From Nemertoderma westbladi (lineage: Eukaryota; Animalia; Xenacoelomorpha): DNA of 52,026 bases. The stretch is taken from the NCBI GenBank assembly GCA_032718475.1, contig JAUCBJ010006765.1, positions 1 to 52,026 on the forward strand. The letters are read 5' to 3'. Every line of letters begins with the position of its first letter. The stretch's first letter is position 1. Position numbers and translations under genes: made by a program. The notes below the pieces were generated by a model. That model was not told the DNA's origin, ran no database searches, and was given only the letters and a program-made list of their open reading frames with translations. Below are positions 14,311 to 28,014 of this stretch, piece by piece.

Positions 14311-16205
14311 CAATGGGGTAACGTGCAACGTATCTGGATTCGGAATGGGCGCAAATTGAATGCCTATTTCTAAAAATGTATTTCATCAATTACTGCTAGT
14401 AGTAATTAATAATATTAATAAAATTACAAGTTTGAAATTTAAAAGTAGTAAATGAAATTCACAATTTCACCCATTTTTACTCGAATTTGAATAAAGCTTT
14501 ACTCAGTTGGAAGTAGGCCTATAATGTATTTTTTATAATTTCATATATATTTTTTTATTTAATAAATTGATCTATATGTAAACAGCAAGGCGCACAATGG
14601 GTTTGGGGCGCCATTCCTGATTACATCATTTACCCTAAATCCGATCCTGGTTAATATATTTATATTATATAATGCAGTAGGCCTACTAACCTTGGATAAA
14701 TAATTGATATCGATTTTATTATCTGTGTAATCGTTGAGTATTGGTGCACCGTAAGCGTCGATATACTTGAGACGGCGTCGATCACGGGCCTTTAGTGCGC
14801 GCGGTTTGCTAATAACTACACCCCGAGGGTTCTACATAAAGTTAAATTATTAGTAATAAAGAAATAAATAACTAGATTTTCGTGTTGCGAAAGGCAGCAC
14901 AAGGAAAATGTGAGGTAGGTAGAGCAGTTTTGCACAGAGTGGGCTTTGCAATGTAAACCTCAGTTTTCCCATTGGCGCCAATGAATGTTTATTTGGTCTT
15001 GCCCTGCACTTAAAACTGTGTGTCAAGATGAGCTACACCACTTAGGTGTTAGTACACTGTTTGCAACTATTTTAGATTCGATGTACAGTAGGCCAATAGC
15101 CTACTATATACATTGTATAGTTTAGGCCATGGTAGGCACACCTAAATTCTTCCGGAATATATTTTCACTGTGGCTTAATCGGATTACAGGTTCCAGATAG
15201 AGGCGCAAATTGACCGCAAGTAAACTACAGTTTAGATTCATTGTTTTGGTTATAAACCATACCGTAACGTTAACCTGTTCCTTTCCCTTAATGTTTCAAA
15301 TCAAATTAAATTACTCATTAAACCCACTAAACACATAGTTGGTGTTTGCACTTTGCAGTCATTTTGCGCCATTAAGTCACCGGTAAAATTCCCGTACAAT
15401 TATATAATACGATTAATAAACATAAGTCCAAACAACTAAACACTAAAAATAAGGTCCCAACCTGTTGGTTGTCCTTCGGATGTGTTTCACTAATTATCCA
15501 CTAACCTTAATCCGTTCGCACAACTGTATCCTCGCTAACTCATCGAGTTTCTGTCTGTAGGTATAAGCCCGTCGTCTCTCTGTGTGTATTGCGTTCTGTA
15601 GGTAGTTGATATAGAGTCCGGCTGTGTTCCGATCGCGCCGGTCCACCATCGCTTGGTGTTGGATGTAGGACGACTGGGATCGAACTCTCCCGTTTGAGGC
15701 GATCTGAAACAACCCGAATACCCTCTCAATGTAATAACGCCTACATTGGCTAGTCCTACTAACTACATAATTTAAAGAACGGCCTGTAAAGTTAATTGCT
15801 ACGGTTCATTTAAGTAATTATTAGTTTTTCTGCCACTCACTTCATAAAATCGGTGATTTCTTTTAATTTTAATTTCAAATTTTTTGCAATTAAATTAAAT
15901 TGCTTGATGACGCGCGGGATGCTTGATATATTAATCTTGCTATATTGTTTTATATATGTCAACTAGAAAATGTGAGTGCCATAACTCAATGTTTTGTTCT
16001 GTTGTTGCCATGAATGTCGAGATATACACAACATATAAGAATAAATAAAACTACTCACCATTCCGGCATTCCGCATGTGCCTCTTTATCCTAGGGTTTTT
16101 AAAGTAACCCTTCAGATTGTCATCTTTCAAAGGATCGTAGGTAATAAGTAGACCCTTATCAGAGATGTTGGTAAATCTTGTGTTAAATTCCGGTCTTCTA
16201 GCCAT
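854..16205 (-). CDS. ERICH3: ERICH3-like (glutamate-rich protein 3 / DUF4590) gene with Lys/Ser/Glu-rich linker and C-terminal LRRs; exons 16205-16059, 15703-15506, 14831-14691, 14128-13901, 13126-12952, 4708-4564, 4268-3227, 3006-2920, 2022-1796, 1061-854; about 865 aa
   Basis: All 9 introns are GT-AG with matching phases and the joined frame is open (2598 nt). N-terminus GLLITYDPLKDDNLKGYFKNPRIKRHMRNAGM|IASNGRV resembles the ERICH3 N-terminus; EVSVIQQPGGGGTLMVYRGNLYPG|DELSFPSYRKDHFPFSLSCYVDG..GTKIGG resembles DUF4590. Minus-strand AATAAA at 700-705. The symbol is by recalled similarity; the link to the last three exons is inferred from phase only. Confidence 0.8.
1239..1398. mobile_element. 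Small MITE, possibly PIF/Harbinger-like, in an intron
   Basis: Imperfect terminal inverted repeats ccggtttgcacgtggcaa ... ttgccacgtgtaaaccga, TAA-like flanks, internal partial copies of the same motif. Confidence 0.45.
3227..4268 (-). CDS. Large low-complexity Lys/Ser/Glu/Thr-rich exon of the ERICH3-like gene
   Basis: Lies within ORF 3176-4324; acceptor ttttatgcag at 4269 and donor ACA|gtaagt at 3226; degenerate xESKQ/TDSK pentapeptide repeats. Confidence 0.8.
4794..12979 (-). repeat. 40-bp tandem array (~204 units, 8.2 kb) filling intron 5 of the ERICH3-like gene; unit = last 28 exonic nt + first 12 intronic nt
   Basis: Minus-strand unit GTGTACCGAGGGAATCTGTACCCAGGAG|GTCAGTGTTGGT; the first unit is the coding end (VYRGNLYPG) of exon 13126-12952. 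Confidence 0.97.
14277..14309 (+). repeat. Poly-G run (about 33 nt) in an intron
   Basis: Uninterrupted G homopolymer; shorter poly-C/G runs occur near 2292, 43016, 45894 and 46718. Confidence 0.9.
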
Positions 16206-19200
16206 GGCGTTGTAAACAGTAGTCGATTTGGACGTTTAAAATATTTTAATACGTTAGTTATTATTAAAAATAAACCTCATCTGACACCCAAAAGATGTTC
16301 ACCAAAACAATATGATTATGATGTGAGTTGCACCATGTCACAAGTCCAGGCTTTTATATGCGAAATAATACTTCACATGTACTTGATATAGATAACAACT
16401 ACCTAGGTTTCAATAATTATGTAGATCATGATATGCATAAATACCAAAGCCAACAATAATAATGAAAAATATAAACAATAGACCCGCCGGTGCATAATTA
16501 ACCAGAAGTCTTTAGCATTGTTTCCGTATGGAAAGAAATATTTTACGCTATACTGCACTAGGAATATCATAGAAACTATGAAACGACAACAGGGTTACAG
16601 TAACGCTGGTCAAAGCCAAGAAATTGAAGTTCCTAGCTTTTCCATTGGCCACTGCTTTGTGTAGTTAGACGACAAGGTTTTGTATCCGCTATATTAAATT
16701 ACATACATACCGATTGAGATTAATTAATTAACATTTCGTGTCAATAACAAGGGATACGCGGTTTAAGGACCCACTATATCACCTACTTAGAAAAAATAAT
16801 AATATAATCCGTAAACATTTAGTAAATTTCACTGAAAACAACAAAAGTTTATCTCTTCTTCAAAGTGCGATAATTCGCACATTGCATCGCCCATCGCACA
16901 CGCCATCGTAATAATACTCACCACCCAAGATTAGCTATCAAACAGTTGAAGATACAACACACTGAAGTAACTAATGAGCCCCGAACCCACGTGCTACAGG
17001 ATAAGCCCCACCTACACACAATAGCAACGACCTGGCCACGGCTAAGTTGTAGTGCCCGAAAAATTGTAATGTGCATTTCTTTCATAATATTCATATGGTC
17101 TACAGCATTATGATATAATCCGAGTAAGGAGAGTCCAAGTATGAAATAGCTCTGATGAAACATTTAAATAATATACAAGAAAATGGGAAAACAATCCCAC
17201 AATGATGTAAAATATATTTTACGAAAATTCTTCCACTGACTCTCTACCTGGAACTACACGACCTTCTACTACTCATTCTCAGCAAAATTTCTGGTGCCGA
17301 TCTCAGAGTCTTAGTAAACCTACTACCACACGATGTACACTTCACGCGCCATACATGACTGAAATAACGACTACATTATCATGTTACATACATATAACAT
17401 AAAGTTATCTATTGGAACTTCTTTCCTCTACTTAAACGGAACTGAATCCCTTATTCGGGTTCATGTATAATCAGGTGGATGCGTGGCGCATTTTCAGCCA
17501 GACAGACCTAGATGTAAAAATTTGCATTGTTGTTAGTTTAAGTGGCAGAGTTCGCTTATTTTAATAGGTAAAGTCTACACCCCAAGTCATACCTTTTTTT
17601 TTAATGAATTCAGCATTTTCGTAGGACAACATTATCGATTTACAGTTTTTTACCTCCCGCACCAAGGTTTTTATATGAGTATGTGACCATCGATGAAAGA
17701 GTTGGGATTCGGAAATGTTGTGTACAGACTCTATGTGCAGAGAATAGACCCACGTAGCGCTTATTGGTAACATTAGGAGAGGTAAACGGTTGATGGTGAT
17801 TTGTTTTGTAACACTTGTCTCATTGCTGAAATAGTTGCCGAGATATATAAGACTACGAAGGAACTGTGCTCTTGATCTAAGAAGTCAAGTTCGTGTGTAG
17901 ATAGGGCCACAATATAAAAACGTAGATAAGGTCTAATCGCTGGAATAAAAAACACCCGCCATAGAATGGTGGGTGTTTTTTACTATTCCAATGATCTATT
18001 CACCCATAAGTATTTCGCAATCAATCAGAACCACTTTTTTGGGATTCTATATTACCTTGTTGCCATAGTGACCAAAAAAAGTATATAAAATTTCTGCGGA
18101 AATATTCATTGAAATTCGACATAAATCAGCATAACACAAGCCAAACAAAAAGAACAGTAGGGAAGAGTAAGTAGCAAATTAGTAATGTTCCAGAATAATT
18201 TAATTAATTGCGTAATATGCTGCAATTCAATTGGGAATCAATAAAATTTACACTGTCCTGTAACACATAAATTGTTATATCTCGGTAACTAAAAGTCGCA
18301 TCCAATTTATAAATATATAAAAAATTACACAGTGTAAAAAAAATTATACAATTCCACTGCAAGGAAATTTCATAATTGTCATTAATGTTAGCGGAGATTT
18401 TTCACATAAATAAAATTGGGCTAATATATTTATTTGTTTTAGTTTAAAAACCACAATAGTTTATAATATAATCAATTCAATCAAATCAATTTTTGGGGAT
18501 AAGGGTTTTTGAGGTCGACAAATCTGATGGGCGAAGTTACATGTACCTGTTTAGTAGAGAAGTTGTGTAAATAAGCTTCCTATATTGTACCAGCAAAATT
18601 GGTATTAAAAATGGTTAACTGAGTAGACAAATTCCCGTTGCTCTGGAAACTAAATTGGTAACTAACTATATAGAAGTGCATAGTTTAGTCAATCGATAGT
18701 CCCCAAATTTGGAAAAAATCTCAACAAATAGCCCTTGTTGCTAAGTAAAATCCCTTTTGGTAAGGAATGAAACATGGTTGTGAAAGTGATCGGGATGATT
18801 TATTTTTATAGACATTTTTGGTGATATTAGCAAGATAATGTAGAAAATTTTGTTCGGGTGAATTATTGCTAATTAGTTTTGTGTTACCCTCTCCTTTCCG
18901 CTTCATTAACTTGACTATTAATTATATTAGGGCCTACTACTAATATATTTTTCATATAGGTCACTCACTGCCTTATGTAGGACCTCGCCATGTGTAGGAC
19001 TAACAATGATCTTTGATTCTGGAATTTAGTATCACCTGACATACGATTTAGTGGTAGAGGTACCGGTAGCTATAGTTGATGTTAGGTTGGTCCGTATCAG
19101 GGTATTACTACGGTACTGGTAACAGGCCTAGGTACTTTTGTAAAATATTTATTACAAGCAAATATATATTTTCGTATCCGATGAGCCGACAGGCTCATGG

Positions 19201-20533
19201 CCTTGGAATTTTTTAATATTATTATTTTAATAATATTATTTAATAATATTATATTCAGCAATAATGAATGTTAAATTACCATAGTAGCCTAGCTAGTGTT
19301 TGTTTATGATCACTACAGTGGTAGGCACTAATATCTGAATATAGCATGTGTGACCATTTATGAACATTTTTGATGAACTAAATAGTTCCTTGCCATGTAG
19401 GCCTAGTGAATTAATTATAGAACCATAGTCGATATTTATTTTATTCTGGTAGTATTCTGTTTTTTTTTTTACTTCAGTAGCTAGTATATTTTGAAAATAA
19501 AAAATAATTATATTGCTTTTGAGTGTTTTTTTATATATTGCTGAATGTTCTAGAGCCTTAGTAGATTTTTTTTATGGTAGCTAGTGTTTTTTTTTACTAG
19601 CTAGTATATTTTGAAAATAAGAAAAATTTATATTGTTTTTGAGTTTGTCTGTCCTCCTTATAATCCGAATTTCCTCGATAATGCGGATTAAAAGTCGGAC
19701 AAAAAATGTTACTTTCTTTTCGTAAAATAAATAGTTATTTTTGGTACATTTATAAGGTATTGCAAGGCCTGCCCTAACCCACCCTCCCCTATTGAACATT
19801 TTTTCAGATCATCATTTTCCATGCTTTTCTTATTTGTTAATGTTGAGCTAGTGGCAAACTTGTTATTAAAGGTAGAGTGATTAGAACTGTTTCCTAGTGT
19901 TTATTTAATGGTAGCTAGCTAGTGTATTGTGTATTTGAAAAGAAAACTGGAATTTTTAAAAGTTACTAGCTAAAACACTAGCTACCTACCATGATAATAT
20001 AATATTTCTTTATGCTGTCTTACGCTAGATTTTTGGATTATTTTCTATTATTTTATTTTAAGAACTACAGTATAAGAACAAAATGAAGATCTATGATAAT
20101 AATGATAATGATATGAATGATCTAATTATGAATTAGATCTATGGTGAGAGATGTTCTTGGAGAAAATGGACAAGTTTTGTTTTAGATTACTCGAGAATTA
20201 TCAACGTTCAATATTTTCCAATCAGGGCATTCCGAAAAATAGGAAAATCGTTATAGCCGTTTTGAATTTTATCACTAACTCAGCACACGCTCATTCAACA
20301 TTCATTTCGATGTTGACTTGTGGCAGCACACTAACATTGTCTAAAAATCTAAAAATTGCTTTTAGAAAAAGTAGCTACCCGGAGGTACATTAAAAGTACT
20401 AATACAAAAGTAATATCATGCACAGTACACAAGCTGATCTAGGTTAGGCCCATATTCGAATTAGCTGTAAGTTGCTTCTTGCCACTGTTTCGAAATAGGT
20501 GATTCAGAAAGTTACTAAACTACAAAATAAATT

Positions 20534-21985
20534 ATGAATAATGAGATGATACATGGAGAAACCAGACATCCTTCAAAAATTACATTCTTGAGCCCAATGG
20601 CGACTACCTCTAAGGAAATCGAATCGATTGCTTCTGTGAACTTAAAAGGGAACTGGGTAAAGCAAGAAGATGATGCTCTTATTGATTTAGTAACGAAATA
20701 TGGGCCTAAGAACTGGAATAGCTTGGCCTCTTATTTACCGGGTCGGAGTGCAAAGCAATGCCGGGAGCACTGGTTAAACCATCTGGACCCAGATGTTTCT
20801 AAAGCTACGTGGACTGTAGGGGAAAATCGAATCATTTTCGAAGCCTGTAAAAAGTTTGGCAAAAAATGGGCGGAGATTGCGAAGTTGTTACCAGGTCGCA
20901 CTGACAACGCTGTGAAGAACCATTGGAACTCTCTCATACGAAATATGTATGGCGGTAGCGAGTTTAACTCCTGCCTTTCCGCTGCCAACTTCCCAAATGG
21001 TATCAAGGTTCGCGAGTTGAGTATCGAAGATCTAAAGCAACTCGAACCAATAGCTGTTATTATTAATGATGACAATCGGCGAATTCCTATTCTTCGGTCA
21101 AAGAAACTCAAAACAAATTCTTCTACTTCCACAACGTCATCAAGTAATTCAGATTCAAAGTCAATAAAATATTACACTCTTGAATGTGGAACAAATCCTG
21201 ATAAGAAACTAAAGGTGACTCAATGTATAAACCAGAATAATATAAAAGTTGAGGGCAATAAATTTTGTGAACTAAAACGAAGGGCCGCCAATGATGACAT
21301 CCAAACCAGAAAAATCGTCAAAACAAATGATATCAAGGCATATTCCACTGGAAAACCCATCGATATTAATCTTTACGGAAAAGCAGACAAAACAAATGAT
21401 ACCAATCTACAAACTAATATACAACCATCGATAGATATCAGCCGCAAGGTGATAACGCCCAGGAACCAGTATAGTGCAAACACATGTCACCCAATTCAAA
21501 TAAATGGTCCCATTTCTCAACCATTAATGGTTCGATCTGTTATGGACCAAACATCTAGTATAAAACGGATGCCACTAGCCAAGGATGTTGTTAATCACAG
21601 TACAGATTATATTTTGTCTACCATAGCTGACGATAGCATATTTAATGATGGTTACCGGTACCCCGAGAAATCGTCTAACGATATGAGCCGCAGATTGCCC
21701 GATGGTAAATCGAAGTCTACGAACTCTTGTTGTAAATCGGGGTCGGCCGCTTTGACATATCGTCGACGGATTTATGATCCTTTTTACGAGTTCACCTCTC
21801 CTCGCTGTCAACTACTAGGTAATGAACATCTCGAGTTCGAACAATACCAATCGCGGATAATGCAAATGCACACCGGTACCTCGCCTTCGTCAACACCAGG
21901 GTCTATACAAGGCACATTGTCTATGTCCACGGCCACACCTGTTCGCTACAACCTGCCGAGAGATGTGATACCAAAGCCATTTTAA
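20534..21985 (+). CDS. Intronless Myb-family transcription factor with two repeats (R2R3 of animal c-Myb type), 483 aa
   Basis: [49 protein letters not shown] and [44 protein letters not shown] match Myb R2 and R3 with regularly spaced Trp; single open frame. Confidence 0.92.
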   Translation: MNNEMIHGETRHPSKITFLSPMATTSKEIESIASVNLKGNWVKQEDDALIDLVTKYGPKNWNSLASYLPGRSAKQCREHWLNHLDPDVSKATWTVGENRIIFEACKKFGKKWAEIAKLLPGRTDNAVKNHWNSLIRNMYGGSEFNSCLSAANFPNGIKVRELSIEDLKQLEPIAVIINDDNRRIPILRSKKLKTNSSTSTTSSSNSDSKSIKYYTLECGTNPDKKLKVTQCINQNNIKVEGNKFCELKRRAANDDIQTRKIVKTNDIKAYSTGKPIDINLYGKADKTNDTNLQTNIQPSIDISRKVITPRNQYSANTCHPIQINGPISQPLMVRSVMDQTSSIKRMPLAKDVVNHSTDYILSTIADDSIFNDGYRYPEKSSNDMSRRLPDGKSKSTNSCCKSGSAALTYRRRIYDPFYEFTSPRCQLLGNEHLEFEQYQSRIMQMHTGTSPSSTPGSIQGTLSMSTATPVRYNLPRDVIPKPF

Positions 21986-22611
21986 TGTTTACAATATAAT
22001 TATTTTTATAGCAGTGAAGTAATTCAATTTATAATCTATTTAAATATGATGGATTACATATTATTATTGTATAAATGATTACACGTATTGTTAAATTTTG
22101 TAGCCCACTAAAATAGCATTATTATATGACAGACAACATTTTGGAATACACCCTTTAATTAATTCAGTATAATGTACGAAAATTTCGTAAAATGAGAAAA
22201 ATTGAAATAATTAGAGCGCGTTGTGAGGGAGCCGTAGCATTTGCTGAGAAATTAAATTCATTGCGATTTGAATACTATAATACAATAAATAATAGACTTA
22301 AATATAAAAAATACTCAAGTGAATAGCAACATCGGAAATTAATACATTTATTTACGTGAAAAATATATATCTAATCTAATTAAAGATATTACACTACAAA
22401 TATAAGACTTATGATAACAAAGAACCAGCATAGTTTAAAATCAAAATATCATTTTTTGTTACCATTAATATTTGGAAAGTATACAAATATAAGATTTGGT
22501 GATTTAGAAGTCGATTAATTTTCAGCTCTTAACAACTCGATCGACTTGGATTCCTTCATTATCATTCATAAGATATTTAAGTATCTACACGGTAGAACCA
22601 TCCAATGAAAT

Positions 22612-23063
22612 GTATTATTATTATTATTAACTATTATATAGCGCTCTTCTGAGCCAGTTTCAGAGCGCTTAAAAAAACAATATAAAAATTATAATCATAA
22701 AAATAAAAAAACACTATCAGTTGAGATACAAAATAATTTAAAAGAGTCAACATTATAAGTAAAGTGAAATAATTGATGGTCCTACAAGTTTAATCACCAT
22801 CTGCTCTGAATAGGAACGTCTTTAGCATATTTTTAAACGTGTCCAATGAGGGTGGCTCTCTGTGATGGTCTATATGGGATTCGGAGTTCGTTTAGATAAC
22901 TTGGTGCTAACCCATTGAGGCACTTAAAGGATAGCAATGCTAGCTTATATTCTACTCTGCGTTTTACGGGTAACCAATGGAGTCGTTTCAGGATTGGAGT
23001 GATGTCATCTCTTTTTTTCGTTCGCGTCAGTAGCCGCCCAGCTGAATTCTGAACGAGTAGCAA
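22612..23063 (-). mobile_element. 5'-truncated L2/CR1-group LINE 3' end (relic, internal deletion)
   Basis: VQNSAGRLLTRTKKRDDITPILKRLHWLPVKRRVEYKLALLSFKCLNGLAPSYL, then in another frame SLDTFKNMLKTFLF*; 3' UTR stem-loop aagcgctct...agagcgctat and (TAA)n tail, all typical of L2 ends. Confidence 0.88.
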
Positions 23064-23740
23064 CGAAAATGTAGGATAGCATCTTAACTATCTAAAGCCT
23101 TCCAATTACTCAGGTTACGAAATGTTGGGCCGATCTATACAACAACATATTTGGTAACCAACCATCCTATAATATAAATTTTATGTGGGCGTTAAAAAAA
23201 ATCAGCCAATTGGCTAATTATATAGAATATTGTTTAAAACAAGTTCCATTATTTTAAAGTAAAGACCTCACAATAACCTCACAATAATACAAATTTCATG
23301 AGTTGTCCTACAACAACATTATGAACGTGGTTGTCAAACAACATTACTGATTTGCCTAGTATTTCAAAAAATATAGGCACTGGTCCTTCGAAATTGGTAT
23401 CTATGGCAGACAATATTGAGTATAGGCTCCTAACATTTTATTAAAATCGTGCAGAGTAGACAGATGGCTATATATAGGTACTTGTCTTGTTGTTTAACAT
23501 CATACAATCTATTTGCTATTTACATTTAGAAAAGTAGCTTTTTTTGGATATTATTATTATCCTTATAAGAATGGGCTATGTAGAACTCTTTGAGCTAATA
23601 GAATAAGAGTGTCCCGTGATGGAACAATCAGTAGGGAGAGAACTGACTACGCTGTTCTTATTCCTGGGGGTGATTCCAACGTTAACGATTGTTCGAGTGG
23701 TGATGATTTTGAAGGTTTTTCGTCGGGTCTAGTAGCGATG

Positions 23741-24988
23741 GTGAATTAGTGCACTTCGTAGCGGGGTTCCCACTGGTGCAGTGCAATTCGTACTATGGTG
23801 AATTAGTGCACTTCTTTCCGGTGCAGTGCATTTCGCACTGGCGCAGTGCACATTGATCTAAGTGGAGTGCACTTTATACTGGTACAGTGCACATTGCACC
23901 GGTGAATTAGTACACTTCGTTCCGGTGTAGTGCACTTCGCACTAGTGAATGAGTGCACTTTGTACCTGGGTAGTGCACGTCGCACTGGTGCTGTGCAGTT
24001 CGTTCTGGTGCAGTGCACTTTATACTGGTGCAGTGCACTTCGTTCTAGTGCAGTGAACTTCATACTGGTGCAGTGCACTGTTGAATTAGTGAACTTCGTA
24101 ACGGGGTAGTGCACTTAGCACTGGTTCGGTGCATTTTGATCCAATGCAGTGCACTTTATACTGGTGCTTTACACTTCGTACTGGTGCAGAGTACTTCATA
24201 CTCGTTGGTGCAGTGCACTTTGTACTGGTGCAGTGCACATTGAATCGCCGAATGAGTGCACTTCGTACAGTGCACTTCATATGGGTGCGTGCACTTCGTT
24301 CTGGTACAGTGCACTTCATACTGCTGTAGTGCACTTCGTACTGGTGCAGTGCACATTGCATCGTTGAATGGAACGTCGCACTGGAACTACACAAGTAGTG
24401 CACTACACAATGGTGCAGTGCACTTCATACTGGTGCAGTGCACTGTTGAATTAGTGCACTTCATACTGGTGCATTGTACTTCATACTGGTGCAGTGCACT
24501 TCATACTGGTGCAGTGCACTGTTGAATTAGTGCACTTCATACTGGTGCAGTGTACTTCATACTGGTGCAGTGCACTTCATACTGATGCAGTGCACTTCAT
24601 ACTGGTGCAGTGCACTTAATACTGGTGCAGTGCACTGGCGAATCAGTGCACTTCGTACCTGGGTAGTGCACTACACACTGGTGCAGTGCACTTCATACTG
24701 GTGCAGTGCACTGTTGAATTAGTGCACTTCATATTGGTGCAGTGCACTTCATACTGGTACAGCGCACTGTTGAATTAGTGCACTTCATACTGATGCAGTG
24801 CACTTCATACTGGTGCAGTGCACTTAATACTGGTGCAGTGCACTGGCGAATCAGTGCACTTCGTACCTGGGTAGTGCACTACACACTGGTGCAGTGCACT
24901 TCATACTGGTGCAGTGCACTGTTGAATTAGTGCACTTCATATTGGTACAGTGCACTTCATACTGGTACAGTGCACTTCGTATTAGTGA
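23741..24988. repeat. Degenerate ~20-bp minisatellite (ggtgcagtgcacttcatact), intergenic
   Basis: Roughly 60 diverged units rich in palindromic GTGCAC/TGCA; more homogeneous toward 24400-24980. Confidence 0.9.
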
Positions 24989-25732
24989 ACAATACAAAAT
25001 AATGAATGGGTACAAACATCGTTATCAATAAATTTTAAATATTCTTTGCATAATGACGTTGTACAACAACAACCCTTTGAAATTTTAAACTAGGCCCTAT
25101 TTAAACCCTATTAAAAGTATGCCGAGGCAGAAAACCCGGTAGAATCGAATATTGTATTGCCAACAATAGTTTACGAAAAGTCCTCCGAGCGCATGGTGTT
25201 ATTCTAGAACGACATCCCTGTAACTTTAGGACTAGTTAATATTTTTGAAAAATTATTTTTGAATCAAACTTAGTGTACAAAATGCTTTTAAAATCAGGAT
25301 ACAAATATTTGTTATCACTTGAAACAAAAAGTCATGCAGTAAAGGGTTAATGTGCATGGTGCGTGGGTGTGCTGTTAGTTAAATATTTAAAAGGGAAATA
25401 AATCTAAATGATATTTTTCGTGGCGTTTAGCTGTTTGTAGCGTTCCTAAAGGCCGTAACGCTGCAAAGTGGAACATTATTTTCAAGGTTGAGGATTTCGT
25501 CAGTGTGCTGATATATCGGCATAATGTAACAAATACCACTAACGCAATTTAATTGCAGAAATAGTCCGTAGATAAGATGCGTTTATTGAAATAATAATAG
25601 AATTTAGCCATCAAAAGTAAGTAGGCCTACCTCATTAAACAATGTTTATCGAAAGAACCTGAGTTGAACTGAAAAGCAACACATAGTTGTAACTCTTGCT
25701 TATTGTTACTGATCACCAAAACTAGTAACAGA

Positions 25733-26474
25733 TATGGGGCGAGCCACGAAGTGAGCGAAGCCTTAGCATATTGGCACCATTAACGAGATGTCTGTCGTCG
25801 TCGTAAATTTTAGCTAATAATTCGGTCATTCCTTGATGAAATTAAACCAACCGTGCGTACGTAGTCCATCAAAAGTTTAGAAAGAATCTGAAATTTGGTC
25901 AAAAATCAGACAGTCTGTCAGTCGGTACCGGTAGTTTCAGACTTTTGATTAAATCCGAAATAAGTCAGTCAAGCGGGTTTAGAAAGATATATTGAAGTTT
26001 GTTAAAAAAATCAGACAGTTTGTCTGTCGGTACCGGTAGTTCCAGACTTTTTATAAAAACCGAAATAAGTCGGTCAATCATTGATGAAATTAAACCAAAC
26101 TTGGTCAACATGTAGGCTATTACAAGATTCTACACACAAACAGACTTCTATAGTTCCTCTGTCGGCCGCTAGGGGGAGAATGGTACAAATCCTAGAAGTA
26201 GCTATAAGTTGGTTGTAGAACCAACAATCAGGGGCGAAGTCAGACTGATTGCGCGGCGTGTGCCGTAGTAGGGTCAGACAGACTAGCTAGTACAGATTCA
26301 TATAAAATTTGGTAGAAATGACCTATGAATATTAAGGCTTTATTAATAATTTTGCGTACCAAGCCAGTTCCTCTGTCAGTTCCATGGCGGTGTATTATAA
26401 ATACAAGCAAGTACTCCAATTACAGCTTCTCAGGTTAATTGAGTATCGTGCTGCGCGAAGGCCCCACGAACGTG
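25733..26474 (+). mobile_element. Dispersed non-coding repeat family, copy A (internal ~105-bp duplication)
   Basis: Segments tctgtcagtcggtaccggtagtttcagacttttga...ttgatgaaattaaacca and gtgctgcgcgaaggccccacgaacgtg recur inverted at 47357-47740 and directly at 48222-48360. Family unassigned. Confidence 0.6.
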
Positions 26475-28014
26475 AATACTATCTACCTGCATATTTCGTA
26501 CACGAGTAACGAGTATTAAATCAATGCATATTCATTGTATAACATAAAATACTGACTGCTTGTATTAAATCTCTATCAAAATACTTACAATAACCACGTA
26601 TATAGTTTACATCAATATCTCTCAGAAGGATAATTTATATGATAGAATGAAAAAGTGAATGATAAAAATGCGTCAAATGATGGGGGTTGGTATGATGAAT
26701 TGCATTTAGGTTAACTGAAATGGAATAAATTTATTTCAATAGTGAATATTATACAATCACAAGATGAGAGTTGAAAATGTAACATATTATGATGAAATAG
26801 AATATTATCTGATTGAATTAATATAATTTAAATTATAATAAATTTTAATTATAAACTTTTGTCTTAAAAAGAAATTAACAATATAAAAAAACACAGAAGG
26901 TAAAGACAAAAGGTAAAGAAATTCAATAATATAATATTAATAAATTAGGTTCAATTAATTTATTTCCTTAAGCTCTACTAATGTCAGGTAAATAAGGTAC
27001 AGGTGATAATTATAGGTGCAACACATGGAAATTATATAGGTAGCCTAATACGTGATCGTGATAAACATTAGCTATATTCTCTTTTGTGCATTTAATATCG
27101 GGGGTAACTTAATTAAATAACAATAATTAAAAATTATATTGGCAAACATAATGAGGAATGTATCTAAGGACTATAATATGATAAATAGAATCTAATAATA
27201 CAGTAGCACAATCTAGAGTAACGAATAGGGAACTGGTTCAGGGATGATATAATAATAGATAACAGGTTGATTGTGATTGTGGTTGCATAGCTTAGGTTAA
27301 ACTGCACTAAGGCTGTCCTCAGCAGCTCCATTATAATCAAAATAGTAAATCATGATGTAATTCAGGGAAAAATTTCCTCTTTTAAATAATTTTCGTTTAT
27401 GAAGACAATAAATCGAAAAATAAAATTGGTTTCCTCTTTCCATTGTAATTGTTGATAAATAAATGCACCAATTAATTCTAGTTGATTACAAAGTCAACTA
27501 ACAATGTCAAAATAGAAAAAAATTATATATAGTGCCTAAAATTAAAAATCAATATAACTAGCCCTCTAGAATAAAAATCTAGAATAAAAAGCGCAGTTTC
27601 TCTTGTGAAAATCATTGTAGTGTTCAAATCGTTTCGCTACACTGTCGAGGCAAATAAGAAGTTAAATGAAAAATTATATATTAAATGCCACAGCCAAAAT
27701 ATATTTTCCTTAAATTCCATACAATCCTAACTGCGTATTGTAAACTTAGTTACACATTTCAGTCTGAAAGTAGCGTTATTGCGAGGCTAAAAGGAGCTTT
27801 TAAAGCAGAATTGAGGTTCAGCAGCACAAGGAAGTACGAATTATTATATGGAGATCCGCGGCAAAATGAAAGTTGCAGAGTTTAAAAAAAAAACCACAAC
27901 GAATGGGAATTACAACCTGCTGTTTACTCTTAACGAGATCTCACCAAAAAGGCACAGGTTGAGTAAATATCTCCTTCTTTGTTTTATTCAGAGCTACTAA
28001 ATTAGCCTCTTCTA

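Noticed and set aside
14150-14389. Poly-Gly and poly-Pro ORFs
   Set aside because: Produced by the intronic poly-G run, whose length may also be imprecise.
16918-17955. Short minus-strand ORFs upstream of the ERICH3-like start
   Set aside because: No recognisable motif or consistent exon chain; may be UTR or decayed repeat.
20731-21811. Minus-strand ORFs overlapping Myb, and 38238-38732 overlapping the transposase
   Set aside because: Antisense shadows of real coding sequence.
23803-24930. His/Cys-rich ORFs on both strands
   Set aside because: Translations of the 20-bp minisatellite.
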